Below are positions 9,350-20,158 of a DNA stretch of 54,942 nucleotides, piece by piece (positions within the stretch are counted from its first letter, which is position 1; each line of letters begins with the position of its first letter). A model generated the notes under the pieces. That model saw nothing but the letters and a program-made list of their open reading frames with translations. It made no database searches and was not told the DNA's origin. A program made the position numbers and the translations under genes. Source of the stretch: a virus (lineage: Duplodnaviria; Caudoviricetes). The stretch lies in IMG/VR virus record IMGVR_UViG_3300042923_000238, positions 1 through 54,942 of that record; one strand, written 5' to 3'.

Positions 9350-10174
9350 TCAGCCCTTCTTTCCGAGGCGTCGCGCCTGCTCGTCGACAAGCTCGGCCGC
9401 GAGCGTGGGGGAGAGGAGATCGAGGATCTGCTTCGCAACAGCCGCCTCGTCCAGGTCGGCGACGTCACGCCCGAGGATCTGCGCGAGAGTCGCCTCGTTC
9501 TTCGAGGTGCGGAACCGCCAGACCTGGCCGTACGTCTGCTTCTTGCCGTTGATGTCGGTGAACACTGCGGAGTCGAGCCCGCCCTCCTTGAAGAAGGCGT
9601 CGATCTCCTCGCGAGTGATGCGGCGCTGCCACGCCTCAAAGTCCTTGCGGTCGCGATACCAGGACATGATTTGCTCCAGAGGATCTAGGGGTGCGGGTGG
9701 GGTGGGGACGCGGCCCGGCGCGGTCGAGGTGGCCGGGGACTTGACGGAGCCGCTCGATGTCGAGAGCGACCGCGTGATGCCCCACGAGGAGGCGTCGCGG
9801 TCGTAGTTCCCCACCGACCTCACGGAGACGTGCACGTGGTGTCGGTGCGCATTGACTCCGCTGTACGGCTGCCACCCGTTCTCGCGGGTCCAGATGCGAC
9901 CCTCGTAGATCACGTAGCGGGTGCGCGCGTCGCGGAGGATCTGATTCACTAGCGGCATGGCCTCGCCCGCCGCGGTAAGCCCAGCTACGAGGTCTTCGTC
10001 GATGTCAACCGCGCGGACAATGCCGCCGTCTGACCAGTCAGGGTTGTGATCAGAGGGGCGTGCTGCATGCGACGCATCCCCGATCCACCCGTCCGACGTC
10101 TTGTCCCGGTGGGGCCAGAGTGTGTTGATCTCGGCGCGCAGGCGCGCCAGTGCGGGCGATAGGAAGTACGCCAC
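9350..10174 (-). CDS. Endolysin (Zn-peptidase, M15-like)
   Basis: GWIGDASH, SDHNPD, RAVDID and HRHHVHVS. Confidence 0.85.
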   Translation of the reverse strand: MAYFLSPALARLRAEINTLWPHRDKTSDGWIGDASHAARPSDHNPDWSDGGIVRAVDIDEDLVAGLTAAGEAMPLVNQILRDARTRYVIYEGRIWTRENGWQPYSGVNAHRHHVHVSVRSVGNYDRDASSWGITRSLSTSSGSVKSPATSTAPGRVPTPPAPLDPLEQIMSWYRDRKDFEAWQRRITREEIDAFFKEGGLDSAVFTDINGKKQTYGQVWRFRTSKNEATLAQILGRDVADLDEAAVAKQILDLLSPTLAAELVDEQARRLGKKG

Positions 10175-10250
10175 GCGGCCTCCTAGGGCATAGGAAATGC
10201 CCCTAGGGGTAATCTCTAGGGGCCGTGCTGAAAGTCGCTCAGAGAGCCGC

Positions 10251-10532
10251 CTACGCGGCCCCTGTAAGCTGATTGAAGATGGCGAAGACTCCTCCGAGAA
10301 CGGAGATGCCTCCAGCCAGCGCGAGCCAGAGCTGCCAAGGGGAGACGGTCTTCCTCTCCTCTAGCTTTCTGATTCGCTCTTCGTGGTCAACCTTGTCCTC
10401 CTTGAGTTCTGCCACGTCGTGCTTTACGTCACGCACGTCGTCGCGCACCTCCAGGAGAAGGTTGTAGATTGTGGACTGGTCGATGGTCACGACAGACACT
10501 TGAGGCGGAGCCGGTTCGCTCATCGGAGCCAT
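10251..10532 (-). CDS. Coiled-coil plus TM lysis-associated membrane protein
   Basis: DHEERIRKLE followed by a TM helix. Confidence 0.7.
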   Translation of the reverse strand: MAPMSEPAPPQVSVVTIDQSTIYNLLLEVRDDVRDVKHDVAELKEDKVDHEERIRKLEERKTVSPWQLWLALAGGISVLGGVFAIFNQLTGAA

Positions 10533-11503
10533 GACACCCCCTCAAGAGAGAGCCACCAGATGTCCTTAGAGAGCGAGATGGTGCCCGTGCCCGTGACGCG
10601 CCGGAGTCGCGCGTGGAGGGCCTTTGTCGTCCCGTCGTAGATGATCTCGGCCACCGCGGAGTCGCTTGAGAAGCAGTCGACGATGGCGAGGATGCGGCCA
10701 CCGCCAACTGGTACACCGCGCGGTTGGATGTCGGCAGGAAGCTGGGCCGTGATCTGGAACTCTGCCCCATTCCCGACGCTCACCGTAGAGCCCACGCGCT
10801 TCACCATGCCCGAGAGCGTCACGCGCTCATCGGGGTCTGCCACATATCGAATGGATGCCGGGTAGCTAGAGCTGTACGCACCATAGGCGGCACTCGCATA
10901 GCCGATGGTTCCCGCAAGGGAGGGGGCTCGCTTGGTCCACTGCGCCACGCCCGCCCCGGAGAGTGTGCGAGTCCACTCAACATCCCCGATCTGCACCACG
11001 GTGCCGACCTCGGTGAGGTATGTCAGGCAGAGTTCGTCGAAGCCGACCATGACTCCGTTGTTGGACCCGATCACCCGGAGGTCGATGATCTCCTGGGGGA
11101 GGGTCTGGCCCGCCTGGATGCGCACAAGCGCAAGTGGCTGCTGGTCCCGCACGCCAGGGTCGACGGTGCGCGGAGGAAGCTGCCGGGTGGCGGTGCCTTC
11201 GATGTAGGTGAACGAAGTGGCGTTGGTCGTCTGCCATACGCGGTCGGCAACGATCATGAACCACTGCGAGCCAGACGTGACGTTGGGCAGTGCGATGTCG
11301 ACTGTCGCATCATTCACGTCGGTGATGCCAGCCCCGGAGATGGAGCCGACAGCAACGCGCACCGTGCGTGTACCGGTGCTCACGGCGGAGACCTTGCAGT
11401 CGCTTGCGCCATGCGCCACGTAGGAGAAGCCGAGACGACCCGAGCCCTTGGCCCAGGCAATGTTGTCGACAGCCCCCGTGTAGAAGGTGGAAGTGATTGC
11501 CAT
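10520..11503 (-). CDS. Minor tail protein
   Basis: Position in the tail module; QQPLALVRI...IIDLR baseplate motif. Confidence 0.8.
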   Translation of the reverse strand: MAITSTFYTGAVDNIAWAKGSGRLGFSYVAHGASDCKVSAVSTGTRTVRVAVGSISGAGITDVNDATVDIALPNVTSGSQWFMIVADRVWQTTNATSFTYIEGTATRQLPPRTVDPGVRDQQPLALVRIQAGQTLPQEIIDLRVIGSNNGVMVGFDELCLTYLTEVGTVVQIGDVEWTRTLSGAGVAQWTKRAPSLAGTIGYASAAYGAYSSSYPASIRYVADPDERVTLSGMVKRVGSTVSVGNGAEFQITAQLPADIQPRGVPVGGGRILAIVDCFSSDSAVAEIIYDGTTKALHARLRRVTGTGTISLSKDIWWLSLEGVSWLR

Positions 11504-11506
11504 TGG

Positions 11507-13000
11507 TCACCTGGTCCTTACCTTGTTCGGCCCGCTGATCGCAGAGCCGACAAGCTTCGACAGCTTGGTCGTGGGTGTGGTAACGCCATCTCCCACGACG
11601 GGGGTGACGGTGAACTGTCCGCTCACGGAGAGCGAAAGGGTGCAGGACCGGAGGACGTCTACCACCTGCACGCCGGGCGAGACTTCGACGGGGATCAGAT
11701 CGCCCACATGGACGCCCTCGCCGCCGTATCGGAAGACCTCGCCCTCCTGGAGCGTGAGTGCGAATCCAGCGTGGGCTTGCCCCTTCGCCAACTCCGCCTC
11801 GCCAAGGGCATAGAGGTCGTCGCGGTACTGGTCGTAGGCGTCCAGCAGGACGTCGTGCGCCTCTTCCATCTCAGCGATCCGTTCGGCCACCGTGGTCCCA
11901 GCCGAACTGAGTGCGGTCTTGGCGTTGTTGTAGGCCGTGGTCTTGCTCGTTAGAGCGTTGTTCGCGGTGGTGACTGCACTAACGGCCTTGTTGTAGGCCG
12001 ACAGCGCCTTCGAGGACGACGGGTTGGCGTTCTTGATCGCCTCAGCGCGGGCTCTCGCCTTCGTTGCCGCCTTTACGCCCTGCGCGGCCTTGTCGCGCTC
12101 CTTGGCTGCCTTCGACAGATCCTTGAGCTCGTCGCGGTAGTCGTCTCGCGCGTCCTCTACGCGCTCTCTCGCACGCTTGAGGTCTTCAAACGCAGCCCGG
12201 TAGTCAGAAGAGACCGAGCCTCCGTCGACGAAGGTCTCGATCACGTCGCTCCACTGCTCTTCGAGGACAGGGTTCTCCAGCGTGTAGAACTCGCGCTGAA
12301 TGCCCTCGAAGGCGCCTCCGATCACGACTCGGGTGCAGGTGGGGCCTTCGAGCTCCCACTCCATGTCAACGACGGTGCCGTTGTCCTCAGAGAGGGTGAT
12401 GGGCCACGAGGGCGAGGTGTAGAACTCCACAGCCAGGCCGGAGCCAGACTGGCGCACACGCACACCCACACCCGCTTGATCCAGCATCGCGAGGAGGTCT
12501 TCCCCTGCGGTCTGGAAGCGAGCGTTGTATGTGACGGTCGCTCCTCGACCAAGGCTGGCCGGAACGGTGACGGGCTCTTCGAGTCGCGCGACGTTCGCTG
12601 CGAGGAAGTCCCGCAACACCGTCTCCGCTGGACCTGTGCGCCGGTCGTGCTCCTTGGTCTGTGCCCAGATGTCGCTCGCGGGGAGGGGCCACAGGAGAAT
12701 CCGATTGATGAGGCGGAAGTCGTCCTGCACCTGATAGGTGGTCAGACGCTTACCGCCTGGCCCAGCCGTGCGGTATGACCGCACCGGGCCGGAGATGAGG
12801 AACTCGTCGCGGAAGTTGACCACGACCCGGTTCCCCATCCCTCCCAGGAGAATGTCCTGGTCCGACCCCGTGGGGACGATGATCGCCCCGCTGGACTGCT
12901 GGTTGTGTCGCACCGTGTAGGACTGCGAGATCGGTGCATCAACCCACCCGAGACGGGTGAAGTTCTTGTCGTAGACCGTGATCTGAAAGGGGCTCTCCAT
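11507..13000 (-). CDS. Minor tail (Tal/hub, Gp37-like) protein with a helical insertion
   Basis: Follows Dit; ITVYDKNF, GPTCTRVVIGG and GDLIPV. Confidence 0.8.
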   Translation of the reverse strand: MESPFQITVYDKNFTRLGWVDAPISQSYTVRHNQQSSGAIIVPTGSDQDILLGGMGNRVVVNFRDEFLISGPVRSYRTAGPGGKRLTTYQVQDDFRLINRILLWPLPASDIWAQTKEHDRRTGPAETVLRDFLAANVARLEEPVTVPASLGRGATVTYNARFQTAGEDLLAMLDQAGVGVRVRQSGSGLAVEFYTSPSWPITLSEDNGTVVDMEWELEGPTCTRVVIGGAFEGIQREFYTLENPVLEEQWSDVIETFVDGGSVSSDYRAAFEDLKRARERVEDARDDYRDELKDLSKAAKERDKAAQGVKAATKARARAEAIKNANPSSSKALSAYNKAVSAVTTANNALTSKTTAYNNAKTALSSAGTTVAERIAEMEEAHDVLLDAYDQYRDDLYALGEAELAKGQAHAGFALTLQEGEVFRYGGEGVHVGDLIPVEVSPGVQVVDVLRSCTLSLSVSGQFTVTPVVGDGVTTPTTKLSKLVGSAISGPNKVRTR

Positions 13001-13003
13001 GAC

Positions 13004-14002
13004 CTACCACGCCCTTCGGTACGACGGCGTGAGAAGGGCTCGAATCTGGCCGCTTCCCGCCATGGCGACGGAGATGGGCTGGTCCGAGCCAGAGGGGACT
13101 CGACCGTTCATGTTGGTGGTCGAGCCCAGATCCTTGGTCCGGTTAGTCCCCGAGGGGAGGCGCTCCGCCACTGTGGCGATCTGCTCCTCCAGGGACTTCT
13201 GAAGATCCGGGGAGTCGATGAGCTTGGCGGTGCGCGCAGTGGGGTTCGTGTCGATCACGAGGGTCTTGCCGTCAGCCACCGCGAAGGGCACATCCACTAC
13301 GCGGTCACCCACGCCGACCGCAGCGGACGTGGATGGCCCATGAAGCCACCAAGTCACCGAGGCGTCGATGTCGCCGGGGTTGTTGATGCTCGCCGACGCC
13401 AGAGACGACGCCGACGAGATCGAGATGACCGGCTCATCTTCCGGGTCAGCGAACTCCACAGGGTCCGGCTGCTGGAAGGAGCGCGTGCTCACCGGGCCGC
13501 GCCAGTAGGGGTAGTCCGCTAGCAGCGTGATGCTGTAGCGATCCCAGCCCTTCTGCATCTGGTCTGACTGCCAAGAGTGGCTGTTGTCGTCCAGGAAGCG
13601 ACACTTGAGGTAGCGACGTTCGCCGGACGGGTGGGTCACCGTCCAGGTGCCCTCGCGATCGGGGTCCATGGTGCGCCAGAAGGCGCGGTCCCTGGCGATC
13701 CACCCGTCCGAAGACTCATCGGAGTAGATCGCCAGCGGCCACAGGATCGTCCGGTCCTTCACCTGGTGTCCCACGTGGGTCGAGCCGGGCACGAGCGGAG
13801 CGTTGCGGCTCCAGCGCTCGTGCTCCGGCATCGACAGTCCACGCAGACCGCGCTTGTTCTCGATGAACGCGCCGCGGTCCGCGCTGGTGAGGTCCCACAC
13901 CGTGCCGTCCCACCCTGTCCACGTCATCCCAAGCCCCCGGAAGGGCGAGATGGGCGGAGGGGGCGGGATGTACGGAACTGCGAAGACGACGGGTGCGCTC
14001 AC
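13004..14002 (-). CDS. Distal tail protein (Dit)
   Basis: Directly after the tape measure; WTGWDGTVWDL, PYWRG and NPGDIDA. Confidence 0.85.
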   Translation of the reverse strand: MSAPVVFAVPYIPPPPPISPFRGLGMTWTGWDGTVWDLTSADRGAFIENKRGLRGLSMPEHERWSRNAPLVPGSTHVGHQVKDRTILWPLAIYSDESSDGWIARDRAFWRTMDPDREGTWTVTHPSGERRYLKCRFLDDNSHSWQSDQMQKGWDRYSITLLADYPYWRGPVSTRSFQQPDPVEFADPEDEPVISISSASSLASASINNPGDIDASVTWWLHGPSTSAAVGVGDRVVDVPFAVADGKTLVIDTNPTARTAKLIDSPDLQKSLEEQIATVAERLPSGTNRTKDLGSTTNMNGRVPSGSDQPISVAMAGSGQIRALLTPSYRRAW

Positions 14003-17000
14003 GGAGTCAGTCCTTCCGCATTGAGCCCGTCCAGAACCTTCTGCTGAACCGAGGCTGAGATCTCGTAGGGGTCGCCCCCAACAGGGGCGTTGAAGTTGAC
14101 CGGGATCGTGATGCCGCCAGAGGCGTCGCCGCCCTCAGCAAGGGCGCTGCTCACGGACGCGGACCCTGTGCGCGTGGACCATGCCCCGCGACCTGCCAGG
14201 GGGTCCTGGAAGTCGACGGAAGCCACGTCCTTGACGACGCTCTTCATGGCGTCGACCGCGACCTTGCCCTTGTCCTTGATGCCCTCAGCGAGGCCGAGCG
14301 ACATCCAGACGCCCACCTGATCGCGCATGACGCGCGACGGGGAGTTGACGTCCGCAGCGGCCTTGGCTGCGGCTACGGCGTTCGAGACGACCGAGGCTGC
14401 GGCAGAGGCAACGCTGATGATCTGCGAGGTGATGCCGGAAGCAAGGCCCTGAGAGAGCGCCTGCCCGACCCCGTAGAGCGAGTAGCCAGAGGCTCCGCTA
14501 GCCGCCGCCGAGCCGAGACCCGAACCGGCGCTACGGGCCGCGCCCTGTCCCCGAGTGATCGCGTTGGAGAAGCCTGATGCCGTAGCGGCACCGTGCTGCG
14601 ATGCGGTCGGGACGCTGTTCGACAGCGCGGAGGCTGCCGTGCGGGAGATCCCGTCGGCCGTCGTGTAGACGTACTGCCGCTGGGAGTTCATGCCCACGGC
14701 CATGGCGTTGACGGCGTTGGCGCCGCCCGTGTTCATGAGGACGCCCATCTCTTCGAGCGTTGCCCTCACCTCGGGCGGGAGCTTGTCCAGCTCCGCCTGG
14801 GTGACGCCCTCCATCTGCGACAGGCCGCTCTGGAGGTTGCCGACAGCACCCTCGGTCTTGGACTTGAACACGCCTTCGAGGCGAGCCAGCTCCGTATCCG
14901 AAGCATTGACGAGCTGGGCCACCATGGGTGCGCCCTCGGGGCCAAGCTTGGCGAGCTCCAGGAGCACGCCTTCGGAGACTCCTCGCTGGGCAAGGGCGGC
15001 CATGTTGTCGGCCCAGGCGGTCATTGCCGCCTGCTGCTCCTCAAGCTTCTGGAGCCACTGATCGACGCTCGGGAGCGCCTCTTCGCCGATGGCCGCACCG
15101 AAGTCGATGAACTCCTTGGAGACATCGTTGAGCGCCTGAACGGTCTGGGGCGAGAGCCCGTTGACCCGACCGATGGCCTCCTCGTACTGACGCAGAGCGT
15201 CAGCCTGAGTCGAGGATGCGATAGCCGCTTCCCGTGCAGCCTGCTGCTGCATCAAGGCGTTGGTCTCCAGCGCCCGGCTGTACTCAGGGAGGTACTGCGA
15301 GGCAAGGGCTTCGACACTCATGCCAGAGTCGGCGGCGGCCTGGGCAAGCCAGTCCTGGGCCGAAGCAAGGGCGTCAGCGTTGCCAGAGGTGGCGATCTTC
15401 GCCAGAGCCGAGTCGAGATTCTCGACCGACTCCTTGGACTGCTTCATGGCTGCTGAGTGCATCCAGAAGCCGTCACTGGACGAGGAGCCGCCCAGGAACT
15501 TGTCCCACCACCCGCTGCTATCCCAGTCGGACAGATAGCCGATGGCGTCTGCCAGGGACTTCACGTCCGCAGCAGACTCGCCCGACTCCTGGAGCCAGTT
15601 GCCGCCGCCCTGGAAGAGGCCTTCCAACTTGGAGATGTTCTCCACGGTGCGGGCGTTACCCATGCGCTCCAGCGCGAGGCTGAAGTCGTCAACCTCGCTT
15701 GCCTTGGCGCCGATCTGCGAGGCCCAGGAGACCAGGCCGATGGTCGCCGCGACAGCGGTGCCGATGAGGCCGAGCTTCGTGCCCAGCGTGCCGATGGCCG
15801 AAGCCATGCCGCGCGCCTTGGACTCCGCTCCGAAGAACGAGAGCAGGGCTGCCAGGCCCGCCTCCATGCCCTTCGCGGCGACCGCGATGCGGAAGCCAAC
15901 GAGAGCCGTGGTGACGGCGATGACGCCTGCCTCAGTGGACAGGATGGGGGTGATGAGCCCGGTGAAAGCGTCGACCAGGCCGGAGACGATAGGCAAGACG
16001 GCCGTGAGCGCACCGCCGAGCGTCGAGGTTAGGGCCTCGATCACCGGCATGAGCTTGGGCACAACGTCCAGCACCATGTTGCTCAGCGAAACGAGCACCT
16101 GCGAGAGCAGGGGTCCGAACTGGCGAGCGAGCTCTCCAGCCAGCGTGCCGATGGCTCCGATGGCAGCGCCGAGCGGCTCCCACATGGGGGCGAGCGCCTT
16201 GATGCCATCGCGGATGCCGTCGAGGAAGTCGAGGAAGCCCTGCGCAAAGCCGTCCGTGTTGAGTCCACGGAAGACGCCATCCAGCAGCGAGCCGATGGCG
16301 TCACCGGCAGAGCGGAAGCCGTCCGCCAGGACGCTGGAGAAGTCAGTGAAGAACGCCTTGACCGCAGGCCCGGACTGGTTGGCGATCAGGCTCATGGCCT
16401 GGTGCGCCGCCGTCAGGACGTCGACGAGCCCGTTCTGGAACCCGGGGCTGTCAACGGTCTTGTGGATTCGCTCCAGGGTGTCCGCGAGCATCGCGAGGCT
16501 GGAGCCACCTGCACGCTCAGCAGCGCGAGCGATCCCCGCAAGGATGCCGCCTGCTTCGAAGAGGACGGTGCCGAGATCCTTGGCGTTGGTGATCGCCACT
16601 TCGGTGATCTCGTTGAGGCGACCGCTGGACTCGGCCTTGGTCAGCCACGTCGAAACGGACTGAGCGACATTGTTGTACCAGCCTGCAAGGCGCGGCAGGT
16701 ACTTCGAGCCCTGGCGCCCCAGGATCTCGATCATGTTCGCAAGTCGAGAATTCGACTCCGCGGCGATGTCGATGGAGAGCGCGAGGTTGGCGAACATCTG
16801 GTCGAGTTCGCCGTCGAGCGCGCCACGCAGCGCGTCAGCCATGCCAGCGAAGGAGTTGCCGAGTGCGATGGAGGTGACGCGGAGCCCAGCCTCAAGCTGG
16901 GGGAGAAGAGTGTTGGTGAGTCGCCGGATGGGCGCCTCTGCGAGCGACCAGAAGTCGCCGGACATCATGTCCTGGATGCGCGAGAACTCGCGACCGACCT

Positions 17001-17808
17001 CGGGGAGAACCGCGTTGAAGTCCTTGAGGACCGCAATGGTGGCTCCGAGCCCGAACGCCAGCCCTCCCATGATCCCGGGGAGGGTCAGCGCGAGGCCACC
17101 GATCTGAGCCAGGCTGCGTGCCAGCGCGAAGGTGTTCGACGCGGCAGCGAGCAGCCAGGCCGAGAGGCCCATGACCGCTTCGGCAATGGTGCCGATGAGC
17201 GGGATGTTCTTGTCCAGGTTCTTGAAGAGGTCGGTCAGGTTCTCCAGCGTGGCGCCCAGCATGCGCAGGCCGGACAGGCCCGCGAGGACCGCCTCAGCCC
17301 GCGCGATGGACGCCTTGGAGACCTGCACGTGCATGGTGACGAAGCGGTCACGCGAGACACGCGCCAGCTCGGCGCGAGCAACCACCGAGTCGACTGCGGC
17401 TTGAAGGTCGATGCCCTTGCCGTCGTAGTCGTCGATGACATCGTTCAGCTCGCGCCGAACCTTGCGCAGCGACTCCTCGTCAAGCCTGGCCGAGAGGTCC
17501 AGCACTGCGTCGCGCAGAGAGCGGTCCACCTCAGCGGAGACCTCACGGGCGCGACGCTCGATGTTGTTCGTGTCAAGGTCGGCGTCGAAGACGATCTGCC
17601 GCTTGGCGCGCTCGGCCTTGGAGTTCATGCGGTCCACGACCGCATCGGCATGCCGCGCCAGCATCTTGGAGTTGAGAACGGCGTCCACCTCGATGGACAG
17701 GCCCTTCTCGATCCGCTCTAGATCACGCTTCAGGTCACGGCGGAAGTCGGAGGTGTCTGGATACACCTTCACCTTGACCCGACCGATGGGCACCCCACCG
17801 TCAGCCAT
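13999..17808 (-). CDS. Tape measure protein
   Basis: 1269-aa Ala/Leu-rich helical ORF after the chaperones; C-terminal NSPSRV. Confidence 0.95.
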   Translation of the reverse strand: MADGGVPIGRVKVKVYPDTSDFRRDLKRDLERIEKGLSIEVDAVLNSKMLARHADAVVDRMNSKAERAKRQIVFDADLDTNNIERRAREVSAEVDRSLRDAVLDLSARLDEESLRKVRRELNDVIDDYDGKGIDLQAAVDSVVARAELARVSRDRFVTMHVQVSKASIARAEAVLAGLSGLRMLGATLENLTDLFKNLDKNIPLIGTIAEAVMGLSAWLLAAASNTFALARSLAQIGGLALTLPGIMGGLAFGLGATIAVLKDFNAVLPEVGREFSRIQDMMSGDFWSLAEAPIRRLTNTLLPQLEAGLRVTSIALGNSFAGMADALRGALDGELDQMFANLALSIDIAAESNSRLANMIEILGRQGSKYLPRLAGWYNNVAQSVSTWLTKAESSGRLNEITEVAITNAKDLGTVLFEAGGILAGIARAAERAGGSSLAMLADTLERIHKTVDSPGFQNGLVDVLTAAHQAMSLIANQSGPAVKAFFTDFSSVLADGFRSAGDAIGSLLDGVFRGLNTDGFAQGFLDFLDGIRDGIKALAPMWEPLGAAIGAIGTLAGELARQFGPLLSQVLVSLSNMVLDVVPKLMPVIEALTSTLGGALTAVLPIVSGLVDAFTGLITPILSTEAGVIAVTTALVGFRIAVAAKGMEAGLAALLSFFGAESKARGMASAIGTLGTKLGLIGTAVAATIGLVSWASQIGAKASEVDDFSLALERMGNARTVENISKLEGLFQGGGNWLQESGESAADVKSLADAIGYLSDWDSSGWWDKFLGGSSSSDGFWMHSAAMKQSKESVENLDSALAKIATSGNADALASAQDWLAQAAADSGMSVEALASQYLPEYSRALETNALMQQQAAREAAIASSTQADALRQYEEAIGRVNGLSPQTVQALNDVSKEFIDFGAAIGEEALPSVDQWLQKLEEQQAAMTAWADNMAALAQRGVSEGVLLELAKLGPEGAPMVAQLVNASDTELARLEGVFKSKTEGAVGNLQSGLSQMEGVTQAELDKLPPEVRATLEEMGVLMNTGGANAVNAMAVGMNSQRQYVYTTADGISRTAASALSNSVPTASQHGAATASGFSNAITRGQGAARSAGSGLGSAAASGASGYSLYGVGQALSQGLASGITSQIISVASAAASVVSNAVAAAKAAADVNSPSRVMRDQVGVWMSLGLAEGIKDKGKVAVDAMKSVVKDVASVDFQDPLAGRGAWSTRTGSASVSSALAEGGDASGGITIPVNFNAPVGGDPYEISASVQQKVLDGLNAEGLTP

Positions 17809-18552
17809 CCAGCACCTCCGCCTTCTCGTCCTTCTGTGCAGCGCCGAACAGGAGCCTGTGGAGCTCCGCGACGCTAGTGACCTTGGGCCGCGCGACCTTG
17901 GGTCGGGGCGTCATTGGCATGTCCGGGGGCTTGCTCTTCCAGTTACCCGTAGCTCGGGTGTTGATCTGGAGGGCGTCGAACACGTTCGCCATGAGGTGCC
18001 TGTCGGCTCCCCACCCGAAGTGCTCGTGCCACTTGTCGCGACCGCCAGTGCGCATCGCTACCGTCATGGACTCGTCGGGGAGCCTCTGGATCAGAGCGAC
18101 GACGAACGAGGCGCTGAGCCGGTACTCCTCCACGTCGCGGACCAACTCGATGAGGTCGCGTCCGTAGTAGTAGAGAAGATCGGCGTACAGCGCCTCGCCG
18201 CACTCGTCGATCAGTCCTGCGAGGCCGAAGCTTCCCCCACCTCCTGGCCCTCCAGCCAGAGGTTGAGGGTCTGGAGCAGGAGCGCAGCGTCGCCGCCGAG
18301 GGCGTCGACCAGGCGCTTGCCCTCCGAGGGCGTCTCAGCGACCTTGGTGAGGAGCTCGGAGATGATGGCGACCAGATCCGCACCCTCGCCGCGCAGCTCG
18401 GCCTGGAGGCCGTTGACGCGCTCCTTGACCTTGCCGTCGAGGCGAAGCGGGTGGCGAAGGCGGACTGGCTTCTTGCCGTCCTCCAGGTCGAACTCAGTCG
18501 GGGCGAACCGCGCGTCCGCGGCCTTGTGGATGTCAGCGAGGGTGATGCTCAT
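17801..18552 (-). CDS. Tail assembly chaperones G and GT, joined by a -1 frameshift
   Basis: ORF 18211..18552 with slippery GGGGGAA at 18238-18232; the -1 frame is open into ORF 17801..18145. Confidence 0.85.
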
Positions 18553-18600
18553 GGCGGACCTACTTTCGAATCAGGGCGGGGACCAGGGGGCATGCGGAAA

Positions 18601-18640
18601 GCCCTCCTCCTGCGTGGTCCGCCAGGCACAGGAGGAGGGC
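18601..18640 (-). terminator. Stem-loop after the major tail gene
   Basis: GCCCTCCTCCTG / CAGGAGGAGGGC followed by TTT. Confidence 0.65.
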
Positions 18641-18655
18641 GGTCTAGAGCGACGA

Positions 18656-19213
18656 TCAGGAGCCGACGTTGCCCATGGGGGTCACGCCGTAGGTCCACTC
18701 GTTCGTCTGGTACTGGAGCGGAGTGATCGCCAGCGGGAGGCTGGACAGCGACTCCGTGTCGGAGAGGTCCACGTCGTCACCACGGAGGATCTCGACCTTC
18801 GGGGCGTAGACGGCGAAGATGTTCGACCCGTCCTTGAAGACGGCGAGGAACGCGCACTGCGTCGCGGTCGGGTTCGTGGGCACGCCGAGGAGCGAACCGT
18901 CGAGCTCGACGTCGACCATGTTCGAGCCGTAGTAGAGCTTCAGACCGCTCTCGTCCCACTGCTGAAGGTTGATCGTGAACGTCTCGGTGCGGTCAGCGCG
19001 GACGACTCGGAGCTGCTTGTTCTGGAGCGTGCCGAGAGTCGTCGCCTCACCGCCCTCAGAGGCGATACCGAGGATCTCCTCCAGGGAGGTGTGACCGATC
19101 TCGTCCCAGGGGGTCGTGACCGAGCTCAGGTCGGCGGGGAGTGCGGTTCCGACCGGCGCCTTGTAGTAGACGCCAGTGGAGATGACAAGGGTTGCTGCGT
19201 CAATACGCGGCAT
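18656..19213 (-). CDS. Major tail (tube) protein
   Basis: WDEIGHTS, TLGTLQNKQLR and LKLYYG; ends in GS. Confidence 0.9.
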   Translation of the reverse strand: MPRIDAATLVISTGVYYKAPVGTALPADLSSVTTPWDEIGHTSLEEILGIASEGGEATTLGTLQNKQLRVVRADRTETFTINLQQWDESGLKLYYGSNMVDVELDGSLLGVPTNPTATQCAFLAVFKDGSNIFAVYAPKVEILRGDDVDLSDTESLSSLPLAITPLQYQTNEWTYGVTPMGNVGS

Positions 19214-19238
19214 AGGTTCCTCCGGGAGGGCATGAAGA

Positions 19239-19266
19239 AAGCCCGCTCCACGGAGGAGACGGGCTT
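19239..19266 (-). terminator. Terminator-like hairpin upstream of the major tail gene
   Basis: AAGCCCG / CGGGCTT followed by TCTT. Confidence 0.5.
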
Positions 19267-19280
19267 GTGGTCTGTGTGGC

Positions 19281-19778
19281 CTAGATGGGCCGTCGAATCT
19301 GGAGCACGTACATCGACTCGTAGCGGGTCGTGCCCACCGGCAGGTCCGCGTACTGCACCGGCCCTTGTGCGGTCGCCCAGTCGGAGCGTCGCGAGGGGCG
19401 GTTCGTCATGCGGAAGCCGCAGATGGAGCCGTGCTCGGTCACCGTGCTGTTGAGCCAGGCGTCGCGGAGAGCGACACGCACTGCCTCGCTGAGGATCGCG
19501 GCCTTGCGGTCACCGTCAGGGTTCTCCGCGAAGACGTGAACGAACACGGTGGCCCAGTCGACGAACCTGTCATCGCCACTCCACCAGCGCTCAGTTGGGG
19601 CAACTCGAACGATCACATAGGGGAACAGGTCGTCCTCGGGCACCTCGGAGTAGACGCGCGCCTCGGGAAGTGCCTGTCGAAGGATCGGAAGGAGGATGTC
19701 CTCCACGGGAGCGAACTCCGCCTTGTCGATCACCGACTGAGGCAGGCCATCCAGGTCATCAAAGCCGAAGACCGTCAC
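19281..19778 (-). CDS. Tail terminator
   Basis: Position; WATAQGPVQYADLP. Confidence 0.8.
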   Translation of the reverse strand: MTVFGFDDLDGLPQSVIDKAEFAPVEDILLPILRQALPEARVYSEVPEDDLFPYVIVRVAPTERWWSGDDRFVDWATVFVHVFAENPDGDRKAAILSEAVRVALRDAWLNSTVTEHGSICGFRMTNRPSRRSDWATAQGPVQYADLPVGTTRYESMYVLQIRRPI

Positions 19779-20158
19779 TCGTCATCACCACCCGTCAGGC
19801 GCCCACCCGGCTTCTTTCCGGTGCGCACGCTCTTCACGGGCAGTGACGCCGCTCGTCGGAGCGGGGCGACGCCCTGCATCCCGGCATTGAGTTCGCTGCC
19901 GCTACGGCCGAACTCGATAGACATGGCAGCACTGAGGCCCCGCGTGTCGTCGAGGATCACGTAGTGGTCGATGCGACCCCTGGCAGTGTCGATGCGCGCA
20001 TGACCTTCGTGGCGGTGTGCCGCGAGGATCGAGGACGCTCGTGCCGCCAGTTCGCCGGTCACCTGCCCAAGGCGGAACTGCACCACCTCGTGCTCAGCGA
20101 TCAGCTTGGTGAGCTTCTTGCCGTTCACGCGGCGGTAGACCTCAGCCGTTTCGATCAC
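19775..20158 (-). CDS. Neck/tail completion protein
   Basis: AAMSIEFGR motif; position. Confidence 0.7.
   Translation of the reverse strand: MIETAEVYRRVNGKKLTKLIAEHEVVQFRLGQVTGELAARASSILAAHRHEGHARIDTARGRIDHYVILDDTRGLSAAMSIEFGRSGSELNAGMQGVAPLRRAASLPVKSVRTGKKPGGRLTGGDDE

Noticed and set aside
18232-18238. Tail chaperone frameshift as a novelty
   Set aside because: A standard siphovirus feature, listed under features only.
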